Positions 8,618 to 15,936 of a stretch of 64,000 nt of DNA are shown here, piece after piece. This DNA comes from an uncultured Gemmatimonadaceae bacterium (GTDB lineage Bacteria > Gemmatimonadota > Gemmatimonadetes > Gemmatimonadales > Gemmatimonadaceae), in the NCBI GenBank assembly GCA_963822945.1, contig CAWGJO010000004.1, positions 64,001 through 128,000 on the forward strand, read 5' to 3'. Made by a program: the position numbers and the translations under genes. Below the pieces are notes generated by a model that saw only the letters and a program-made list of their open reading frames with translations, ran no database searches and was not told where the DNA came from. The stretch's first letter is position 1. Each line of letters starts with the position of its first letter.

Positions 8618-9411
8618 TCGACGAACACTGGGGCCTGCTGCGCAAACCGTTCGCGAACACGCCGGATCCGGCGTTCGTGTACCACTCCCCGGTGTTCGAC
8701 GAAGGATACGCCCGCCTGCTGTACGACGTCACGGATCTGCGGGGGGGCCTGTCGCTGGTCACGGGCGAGATCGGGTGCGGCAAGACGATGCTCGTCGAGG
8801 CGCTGCGCGCCCGGCTCGGCGGCACTGCCTACGACCCCTGGGTCGTGGAGTATCCGCGCCTCACCGGTGCGCAGTTGCTGCAGTTCGTCGCTGCGGCGGC
8901 CGCGCTGCCCAACCCGCCGAAGAACAAGCCGGCGCTGGTGGCGGCGCTGCGGGGCCGGCTGGCCGAGCTGCACGCCGGGGGACGGCGCCCCGTGCTGATC
9001 GTGGACGAGGCGCAGCTGGCGAGTCCGAGCCTGCTCGAGGAACTGCGGCTGCTCACGAACTTCGAGGACCGGACCGACAAGCACCTCCACGTCGTGTTGC
9101 TGGGGCAGCCGGAGTTGCGCGAGCGCGTCGTGAAGCGTCCGCAGATCGACCAGCGCGTGAGCCTTCGGTTCCATCTCGACCCACTCGATGCCGGTGACGT
9201 GCAGGCGTACGTCCTGCATCGGCTGCGTGTGGCGGGCGCGATGCACGAGATCTTCACGGCCGAGGCGCTGGCCGCCCTGGCGGCGCGGAGCGGTGGTGTT
9301 CCGCGCGTCGTGAACAACCTGGCCATGCAGGCGCTGTTCGTTGGGGCGATGCGCGGATTGCCGCGCGTCGATGAGCGACTGATACACGACGTGGCGGACG
9401 ACCGGCAATGA
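8614..9411 (+). CDS. ExeA/GspA/MshM-like AAA ATPase (short, soluble form)
   Basis: HWGLLRKPFANTPDPAF, Walker A GEIGCGKT, Walker B LIVDEAQ, LEELRLLTN, LLGQPEL, SGGVPRVVN. No TM or PG-binding tail. Confidence 0.88.
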   Translation: MIDEHWGLLRKPFANTPDPAFVYHSPVFDEGYARLLYDVTDLRGGLSLVTGEIGCGKTMLVEALRARLGGTAYDPWVVEYPRLTGAQLLQFVAAAAALPNPPKNKPALVAALRGRLAELHAGGRRPVLIVDEAQLASPSLLEELRLLTNFEDRTDKHLHVVLLGQPELRERVVKRPQIDQRVSLRFHLDPLDAGDVQAYVLHRLRVAGAMHEIFTAEALAALAARSGGVPRVVNNLAMQALFVGAMRGLPRVDERLIHDVADDRQ

Positions 9412-10103
9412 AGACACCCACCATCAGCTACCGCGAATGGCTCCACCGGAAGCCGACGCCGCCGGCGTCGGGCGCGCCGGTGGCGGAGCCCGGTCTGCCG
9501 TCTCCGGAAACGCCCGCGCCTGCTGGCGGGGAGCCCGACGCGCAGCGTGCCGAGCCGGTGGAGGTCGTCGGTCCCGCGCAGCCGCGGTCCGCCGCAGCGC
9601 AGGCGGCGGTCTCCGTCGCAGCGCAGGCGGCGGTCCCCGTCGCAGCGGCGGCGTCCGCCGTACCCGCGGCGAAAGCGGTGGAGCATCTGGTGTTCCGGGT
9701 GGGGCGCGAGTTGTTCGCGCTGCCCCTCGACGTGGTCGAAGAAGCGCTCGACATCGACCGCATCCAGCGCATCCCCGAGATGAACCCCACGATGTTGGGG
9801 GTGCTCACGCTGCGCGGCGCCACCGTGCCGCTGTACGCGCCGTCGATTCCGCTGGGCGTGCCCGACAGCGACCACCGGGCGGCACTCGTCTTCGTTCGGG
9901 CGAGAGGGATGGTGGCCCTCGCCGTGGACGATGTGGACGACGTGCTGGAGATCGCCGCCGACGACGTGCAGCGCCCGCCGCTGGATTTCACCGACGGCGT
10001 GTTGTCGGGCGTCGCGCGTCGTGGCGCGGACCTCATCGGCGTGCTGGATGCCGACGCGCTCATCGCCGCCTGTCGCGCCGAACCGGTGCTGGAGACCGCA
10101 TGA
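9408..10103 (+). CDS. cheW: CheW with a long Pro/Ala-rich N-terminal extension
   Basis: LVFRVGRELFALPLDVVEE..IQRIP..MLGVLTLRG..VALAVDDVDDV..LIGVLD is the CheW pattern. About 90 aa of low-complexity sequence precede it. Confidence 0.85.
   Translation: MKTPTISYREWLHRKPTPPASGAPVAEPGLPSPETPAPAGGEPDAQRAEPVEVVGPAQPRSAAAQAAVSVAAQAAVPVAAAASAVPAAKAVEHLVFRVGRELFALPLDVVEEALDIDRIQRIPEMNPTMLGVLTLRGATVPLYAPSIPLGVPDSDHRAALVFVRARGMVALAVDDVDDVLEIAADDVQRPPLDFTDGVLSGVARRGADLIGVLDADALIAACRAEPVLETA
9594..9665 (+). repeat. 24-bp tandem coding repeat (2 near-identical copies + 1 degenerate)
   Basis: gcagcgcaggcggcggtctccgtc / gcagcgcaggcggcggtccccgtc / gcagcggcggcgtccgccgtaccc, encoding AAQAAVSV AAQAAVPV AAAASAVP. 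Confidence 0.75.
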
Positions 10104-10582
10104 CCAAGCCTCGTATTGCCAAGATCGTCTGGTTCCGCCTGGGCCCGGACTACTTCGCGGCCGACATCTTCTCGGTGGAGCGCGTGCTCCGCTACCAGCC
10201 GCCGACCACGGTGCCCAACGTGCCCGAATGGATCGAAGGCGTGATCGAGTATCAGGGGCGCGTGGTCCCGGTGGTGAGCCTGCGCCGCCGCTTCCAGCTC
10301 CCGGCCGTGCCGGCCACGCCCGAGACCCGCGTGCTGATTCTCAAGTCGGGCGACGAGTGGGTGGGTGTGGTGGTCGACGCCGTGCTCGAAGTCGCCAGCT
10401 TCGACGAGGCGCTGCTGTCGCCGCCGCCGCCGCTCTTCCGGGGGCTCGCCGGGGAATACCTGCGCGGCATCGTCCGCCTGAACGACCGTCTGCTGATCTA
10501 TCTCGACGTCGACCGGCTGCTGTCGTCCGACGACCGGTTGGCCCTGGAGCGCGCGACCGAGGAGGCGCTGCCGAATGGCTGA
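10100..10582 (+). CDS. cheW: CheW coupling protein
   Basis: FRLGPDYFAADIFSVERV..TTVPNVPEWIEGVIEYQGRVVPVVSLRRRF..VGVVVDAVLEV..LLIYLDVDRLL. Confidence 0.92.
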   Translation: MTKPRIAKIVWFRLGPDYFAADIFSVERVLRYQPPTTVPNVPEWIEGVIEYQGRVVPVVSLRRRFQLPAVPATPETRVLILKSGDEWVGVVVDAVLEVASFDEALLSPPPPLFRGLAGEYLRGIVRLNDRLLIYLDVDRLLSSDDRLALERATEEALPNG

Positions 10583-11420
10583 TGCCCCGCTCGGCGAATA
10601 CCGGGCACAGTACGCGGCGTTGGACTCGCGGCTCGACGCGCCGACCGCCGGCGCCGAACGCGATGCACTGAAGGCCGAGATCGTGGCGTTCTTCCGGCAG
10701 GTGGAGCGGGACGTCGTCGAACTCACGAAGCTGCGCGACGAGATCAAGACGCTCGTGGACAAGTGGAAGGCGCTTGCCGCGCCGTCGCTGGCCCCCGAGT
10801 TCAGCGCGGCGCGGCCGGTGGTTCACGCCGACCACATCGGGGCGTCCACGTTCATCGAGAAGGGCTGGAGCCGGCTGTCGCTGGGCGAGTACGAGGCGGC
10901 GGAGGCGGCCCTGCGCAAGGCCATCGAACTGTCACCCAACGATCCGCAGTCCGAAGCGCTGCTCGGCTGGGCGCTGATGCTCCAGGAGAAGTACGACGAC
11001 GCGCTGCTGACCTTCCAGCAGGTGCTCACCCGCGAACCGATGAACGCGTTGGCGCGCATCAACGTCGGCTATATCTGCCTCAAGAAGCGGATATTCGGGG
11101 AGTCCATCGAACACCTGTCCAAGGCCATCCGGCTGGACAACGACAAGAAGGCGACGCTGTACGCGCACTTCTACCTGGGGCTGGTGTATCTGGAGCGCGA
11201 CATGTTCGAGGACGCCCAGACCTTCTTCCAGAAGACCATCGCGCTGGGACCCAACTTGATCGAGGCCTACTACGAACTGGGACGCGCGTACTGGTTCAAC
11301 GGCCAGCGCGACGAGGCGATGCAGACGTGGCGCGACGGATTCGCCATGAACAAGTTCAATCCATGGGGAAAGCGGTGCGCCGAAGTCCTGAAAACGGTGG
11401 AGGCGGGCGGGGAGCCATAG
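10575..11420 (+). CDS. Coiled-coil + TPR repeat protein
   Basis: N-terminal heptads (LKAEIVAFFRQVERDVVELTKLRDEIKTLVDKW) followed by about 5 TPRs (GEYEAAEAALRKAIELSP, AHFYLGLVY, AYYELGRAY). Confidence 0.85.
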   Translation: MADAPLGEYRAQYAALDSRLDAPTAGAERDALKAEIVAFFRQVERDVVELTKLRDEIKTLVDKWKALAAPSLAPEFSAARPVVHADHIGASTFIEKGWSRLSLGEYEAAEAALRKAIELSPNDPQSEALLGWALMLQEKYDDALLTFQQVLTREPMNALARINVGYICLKKRIFGESIEHLSKAIRLDNDKKATLYAHFYLGLVYLERDMFEDAQTFFQKTIALGPNLIEAYYELGRAYWFNGQRDEAMQTWRDGFAMNKFNPWGKRCAEVLKTVEAGGEP

Positions 11421-11452
11421 CCGGACGGCGCGCCCGCGCGCCGGTGCGTGCC

Positions 11453-12418
11453 ATGCTGGTCGCGTGCGCGGTGGCGCTGGCCTTGCCGGCGGCGGCGCGG
11501 AGCCAGGCGGCTGCCCCGCTTCGCCTCGACCGTGGGCGGTTCACCGTGGTCGCCTATCCGGAGGACGCGCGGCTGGCGCGGACCATTCTCCAGACCGCGC
11601 TGGTGCACGACACCTTTCCGTGGCTGCCCCGTCCGCGGGAGCACGTGCTGATCGCGATCGCGCCCGACTACGCGCGATTCCGCGAATGGGCCGGCCCCGA
11701 CGCGCCCGAATGGGGCGCGGCGCTCGCCTTTCCCGACACGCGGCGCATCGTGCTCCAGGGAAGCCGGTCTGGCGCCGACGCCGGAAACCCCGTCGAGGTG
11801 GTGCGCCACGAACTGGCGCACCTGGCGCTCCACGAGTATCTGGGCGGCCTGCCGCCGCGCTGGTTCGACGAGGGCTATGCCAGTTACTCGGCCCACGAAC
11901 TCTCGCGCGACGATGCGCTCGCGGCGAATCTGGCGCTGGCGCTCGAGGGGGTGCCGACCCTTCGGCAGTTGGAGGGGTACTTCTCCCAGGGGGCCACGAC
12001 GGCGCGCGCCGGGTATGCGCTGGCGGCGAGTGCCGTGGCCGATATGGCAGCGCTGGATCCCCGGAACGGTCTGACACATGTGTTTGCGGCCTGGCGCGAG
12101 ACCGGGTCTCTCGATCGGGCGTTGCGCCAGTCCGACGGGATCACGCTCGACGGCTTCGAAGCCGACTGGCGAAAGCAGGCGCGCCGCCGTTACGGCGCAC
12201 TGGCCATCATGGAAGATCTCACCCTGCTCGGGATCCTGTTTCTGGTGTTCGTGCTGCCGCTCTGGATTGCGCGACGCCGGCGCGATCGCTCCCGGATGGA
12301 GGCGTTGAAGGCGGCGGATGCGGCCGCCGAGGCGTTGGAGCGCGAAAGCGCGCTGGCGGAGCTGCTGGGCCCGTGGCCGCCGGCGGGAGGGACGGGCGGT
12401 GGAACGGGCGATGCGTAG
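11453..12418 (+). CDS. Exported zinc metallopeptidase (peptidase MA-like / gluzincin) with a C-terminal TM anchor
   Basis: Signal-like N-terminus, VVRHELAH (HExxH), PRWFDEG, and a hydrophobic TM (LLGILFLVFVLPLWIA) followed by RRRRDR. Start position uncertain. Confidence 0.75.
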   Translation: MLVACAVALALPAAARSQAAAPLRLDRGRFTVVAYPEDARLARTILQTALVHDTFPWLPRPREHVLIAIAPDYARFREWAGPDAPEWGAALAFPDTRRIVLQGSRSGADAGNPVEVVRHELAHLALHEYLGGLPPRWFDEGYASYSAHELSRDDALAANLALALEGVPTLRQLEGYFSQGATTARAGYALAASAVADMAALDPRNGLTHVFAAWRETGSLDRALRQSDGITLDGFEADWRKQARRRYGALAIMEDLTLLGILFLVFVLPLWIARRRRDRSRMEALKAADAAAEALERESALAELLGPWPPAGGTGGGTGDA

Positions 12419-12451
12419 CTGCCGTAACCGCCCGTAGTGACTAGGGTTGCC

Positions 12452-12480
12452 TTGACACTAACTTTGGCGGTCCATAGTGT
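12452..12480 (+). promoter_or_regulatory. Putative sigma70 promoter (TTGACA-17bp-TAGTGT)
   Basis: Perfect -35 TTGACA at 12452-12457 and TAGTGT at 12475-12480. ATG follows 8 nt later at 12489. Confidence 0.6.
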
Positions 12481-12488
12481 TGTGGTTT

Positions 12489-12659
12489 ATGGCAGAAACC
12501 GACATTTCATCCCGCTCTCGCCGCCTGGGCTGGTGGGGCCTGGCTCTTGCGACGATCCTCGCCGGGTACGCCGACCTCGCTCGGGGCGGCGACACGATTG
12601 CACCGATCCTCCTCGTCGTCGGTTACTGTGTTCTCGTTCCACTCGCAATTCTGAAATAA
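12489..12659 (+). CDS. Small two-TM membrane protein (56 aa; resembles DUF3098-type proteins)
   Basis: Two hydrophobic segments, LGWWGLALATILAGY and TIAPILLVVGYCVLVPLAILK. Promoter immediately upstream. Confidence 0.6.
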   Translation: MAETDISSRSRRLGWWGLALATILAGYADLARGGDTIAPILLVVGYCVLVPLAILK

Positions 12660-12683
12660 TCTCCCGGGGTGTTGGCGTTCTGA

Positions 12684-12757
12684 GGGCGAATAGCTCAGTT
12701 GGTTAGAGCGCCTGCCTTACACGCAGGAAGTCGGGGGTTCGAGTCCCTCTTCGCCCA
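12684..12757 (+). tRNA. tRNA-Val (anticodon TAC)
   Basis: Acceptor stem GGGCGAA/TTCGCCC, D-arm TAGCTCAGTTGGTTAGAGC, anticodon arm CCTGC-CTTACAC-GCAGG, T-loop GGTTCGAGTCC. Discriminator A is followed by CTA, so CCA is not encoded. Confidence 0.97.
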
Positions 12758-12825
12758 CTAGGGGTAAAGGGGGAACTACGTTCCGTTGTCTTGGGTACGA
12801 TTTACATAGTGCGGAGGAGCCGACC

Positions 12826-14577
12826 GTGAAGGTATTGCAGCGCCGGATGGTGGTGGGTCTCGCGATCGCCGTGGTGGCGGGTATGCCGTCGATGGCCGAA
12901 GCGCAGTACGGGTACAACCGTCCGCGCGGCCCGACGGCCGATACGCCGCACCTGCTGGTGGGCACGTGCCACAGCACGCCGCGCCAGCTCGGCGTCGACG
13001 CCGCCAAGGAGCTCCGCGATCGCATCCAGATCGAGAACAACCCGCGCGACCTGTACGTCATTCCCAACAAGGACGTGAACACGGCGCTCACGGCGTCCGG
13101 CTACGCGCCGGACTCCGCGCTGAGCATGAGCGACCTCGGGGCGCTCGGCAAGCTCGTGCACGCCGACGAGATCCTGGACTGCGATGCGTCGCAGACCTCG
13201 GACGGCGTCCACCTGGCCGTGCGCATGCTGCTGGCGAGCGACGTCACGAAGACCCAGCCACTGCCCTCCGTGGACGCCAAGAACTTCGGCGACGCGGCCA
13301 AGGTGGTGGAGCGCGAGCACACGGCGGCGCGCAAGCAGCTCGAAGGCTACAACAAGTGCCGCAACGAACTGCTGGACGGCAAGCTGCAGGACGCCGCGAA
13401 GGATGCGCTGGACGCGATCCGGCAGTACCCGCAGGCAACGCTCGCCCGGCTCTGCCTGGCGTCGGTGTATGCCGACAAGCGGATGAACTACCCGCCGGAT
13501 TCGGTGCTGGCGATCACCGACCAGATCCTCAAGATCGACCCGAACAACGCGTTCGCCCTCCGCATCGCGATCGGCGCCTACAGTCAGAAGGGCGACCAGG
13601 CCGCGGAGATCGACGCCGAGCAGCGGCTGTTCAAGCTCGAGCCGCAGAACCAGACGTTGGCCACGCAGATCGTCGACGCGCTCGCCGCGTCCACCGATCC
13701 GTCCAAGGCGCTGCCGATTCTCGAGAATCTGCTCAAGAAGAACCCGGGCGACCCGAGCTACCTGCAGCAGCTGTGGAAGCTCCAGGCCAAGCTGAACATG
13801 TTCCCGCAGGCCCTCGCCACCGGCGATCAGATGGTGCAGTCGGATTCGACACTGGCCGACAGCGCGTACTTCCATCGCCAGATCGCCATGGCGTCGCAGG
13901 ACAGCAACTGGGCGAAGGTGGCGCAATACGCGCAGCAGGGCGAGCAGAAGTTCCCCAAGGACGGGCAACTCGCATACCTCGGCGGCGTGGCGTTGCGGAA
14001 CCTCAAGCAGTACGACCAGGCCGCGGCGTCGTTCCGCGCGGCACTGGCCGCGGATTCCACGAACACCAATGCGCGCCTCTACCTGGCGCAGACGTATTCC
14101 GACCTCAACCAGCCGGATAGCGTACTGAAGATCGCCGATGCGGCCATCGCCGACGGCGGCGACAAGAGCGTGTGGGGGCCGATGCTGCTCGCGCCGGTGC
14201 AGGACCTTCTGGAGAAGACCAAGACCGACACGGCCAATGCGACGCAGTACTACCAGCGCGCCTATCAGTTGTCGGTGCACGCGGACAGTCTGGCCCCGTC
14301 GGCCACCGGACACTTCTTCATCGGTGTGACGTCGGTCCAGTTGGCCGTCGATGCGATGCGCCGGTCGCAGACGGCCGCGCAGGACAAGCACATGGAAGAC
14401 GCCTGTACGGCCGCCAAGGAAGCGCAGGAATACTTCACCCAGTCGCAGCTGCACATGCCGCAGGGCGGCTCGGTGGACGCGCAGACCGCCGGCGCGGTGA
14501 TGAACGCCGTCACACAGTACGCCCCGAATGCCGACAAGATGGTGAAGGCCTACTGCACGACCAAGAAGAAGCACTAG
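12826..14577 (+). CDS. Exported TPR-repeat protein
   Basis: RBS GGAGGAG + GTG. Signal peptide ending AEA-Q. TPR-like helices (LKQYDQAAASFRAALAADSTNTNARLYLAQTY). Six Cys. Confidence 0.8.
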   Translation: MKVLQRRMVVGLAIAVVAGMPSMAEAQYGYNRPRGPTADTPHLLVGTCHSTPRQLGVDAAKELRDRIQIENNPRDLYVIPNKDVNTALTASGYAPDSALSMSDLGALGKLVHADEILDCDASQTSDGVHLAVRMLLASDVTKTQPLPSVDAKNFGDAAKVVEREHTAARKQLEGYNKCRNELLDGKLQDAAKDALDAIRQYPQATLARLCLASVYADKRMNYPPDSVLAITDQILKIDPNNAFALRIAIGAYSQKGDQAAEIDAEQRLFKLEPQNQTLATQIVDALAASTDPSKALPILENLLKKNPGDPSYLQQLWKLQAKLNMFPQALATGDQMVQSDSTLADSAYFHRQIAMASQDSNWAKVAQYAQQGEQKFPKDGQLAYLGGVALRNLKQYDQAAASFRAALAADSTNTNARLYLAQTYSDLNQPDSVLKIADAAIADGGDKSVWGPMLLAPVQDLLEKTKTDTANATQYYQRAYQLSVHADSLAPSATGHFFIGVTSVQLAVDAMRRSQTAAQDKHMEDACTAAKEAQEYFTQSQLHMPQGGSVDAQTAGAVMNAVTQYAPNADKMVKAYCTTKKKH

Positions 14578-14597
14578 GCGCACCTCGAGGTCGTTCG

Positions 14598-14628
14598 CGA
14601 AGCCCGCCGGTGTTTCCGGCGGGCTTCG
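14598..14628 (+). terminator. Putative intrinsic terminator hairpin
   Basis: 13-bp perfect stem cgaagcccgccgg-tgttt-ccggcgggcttcg, 20 nt after the stop. U tail is weak. Confidence 0.6.
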
Positions 14629-14668
14629 TCGCTTGTGGGGGATGCCCTCTCCATATTGCTTTCTCTCC

Positions 14669-15643
14669 GTGATCTCCGACGTTCATCAGCCCACCGAGCC
14701 TGCCACCGACGCCGCGCCGTCCATTGCCTGGGCCAGCGCATACCATGCGCCGGTGCTGGCCGACGAGGTGGTGCGGCTCATGGAGGGCGCGCGACACGTG
14801 CTCGATGGCACGTTGGGCGGCGGGGGCCACACCGCGGCGCTGCTCGCGGCCGGAGCCCGCGTGACGGCCGTGGACCGCGATCCGGACGCCATCGCGGCGG
14901 CGGGCGCCCGGCTCGCGCACTACGTGCGCGAGCGGAAGCTGCGGCTCGTGCCCGGCAACTACGCGCAGCTCGAACGCACGCCGATTGCCGGCGAGCGATT
15001 CGACGGCATCCTGCTCGACCTCGGCATCTCGTCGCACCAGATCGACGATGCTGCGCGCGGATTCAGCTTTCGCGAAGGTGCGCCGCTGGACATGCGCATG
15101 GGCCCCGATGCCGCGCAGGATGCGGCCACCTTCCTGAACACGTCGGACGAGGGGGAGTTGGCGTGGGTGTTCCGCGAGTACGGCGACGAGCGCCGCGCCA
15201 TCCGGCTGGCGCGCTCGGTGGTGCACCGCCGTGCCAACCGTCCATTCGCCACCAGCGACGATTTCGTGGGCGCCATCCGTGCAACCCTCGGGCCGCGGAG
15301 CGGGCCGGGGGATTTCGCGCGCCTGTTCCAGGCCGTGCGCATCGCGATCAACGAGGAACTGCTCGGCCTGGAGCGCGCGCTGCCCGATCTCCGCGATCGC
15401 TTGGAGCCGCACGGCGTGTTCGCGGTCATCTCGTACCACTCGGGTGAGGACCGCATCGTCAAGCACGCGTTCCGCGACTGGAGCACGGCCTGTACCTGCC
15501 CGCCGCGGCAGCCGGTGTGCACGTGCGGTGGAAAGGCTCTTGGTGCGCTCGTCACCCGCCGGGCCGTGCAGGCCACGCCGGCCGAAGTGGACGCCAACCC
15601 CCGCGCGCGGAGCGCGCGGCTCCGGGCATGGCGCGCCGCGTGA
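14669..15643 (+). CDS. rsmH: 16S rRNA m4C1402 methyltransferase RsmH
   Basis: HAPVLADEV, DGTLGGGGHT, DRDPDA, LLDLGISSHQID..RGFSF..PLDMRM, FQAVRIAINEEL, ISYHSGEDRIVK, NPRARSARLR. Start approximate. Confidence 0.95.
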   Translation: MISDVHQPTEPATDAAPSIAWASAYHAPVLADEVVRLMEGARHVLDGTLGGGGHTAALLAAGARVTAVDRDPDAIAAAGARLAHYVRERKLRLVPGNYAQLERTPIAGERFDGILLDLGISSHQIDDAARGFSFREGAPLDMRMGPDAAQDAATFLNTSDEGELAWVFREYGDERRAIRLARSVVHRRANRPFATSDDFVGAIRATLGPRSGPGDFARLFQAVRIAINEELLGLERALPDLRDRLEPHGVFAVISYHSGEDRIVKHAFRDWSTACTCPPRQPVCTCGGKALGALVTRRAVQATPAEVDANPRARSARLRAWRAA

Positions 15644-15936
15644 AGCGCGGGTGGAGCCCGCGCGCCGTGGTCGCCCTCGTTTTGCTGGGTTTCGTTCTGG
15701 TGGCTACGGGCGTCATCTGGCGGAGGAGCCTCGGCATCCGGCAGCAACGCGCCCTGCGCCAACTGGAGCGGCAGCGCGACGCACTCGAGGCCGAGCGCGT
15801 CCGGCTGACGGGCGAGATCCGCGATTCGTCGAGCCTGGCGCGGCTGGCGCCCATTCTACAACGCATGCACATGCACGTCCCCGCCGACAGCACCGTCATC
15901 ACCCTGCCGCGGTCGCGCCCGCATGATCCGGAATAG
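15628..15936 (+). CDS. ftsL: Cell division protein FtsL (putative)
   Basis: Short basic N-terminus, one TM, then a leucine-zipper coiled coil (LRQLERQRDALEAERVRL). Lies between rsmH and ftsI. Confidence 0.75.
   Translation: MARRVKRGWSPRAVVALVLLGFVLVATGVIWRRSLGIRQQRALRQLERQRDALEAERVRLTGEIRDSSSLARLAPILQRMHMHVPADSTVITLPRSRPHDPE

Noticed and set aside
8614..9411. ExeA-like gene as a transposon (TniB/IstB-type) ATPase
   Set aside because: No transposase or terminal repeats, and it is translationally coupled to cheB and cheW.
12684..14630. tRNA-Val as the integration site of a genomic island
   Set aside because: No integrase, no duplicated tRNA 3' end seen, and housekeeping dcw genes follow directly.
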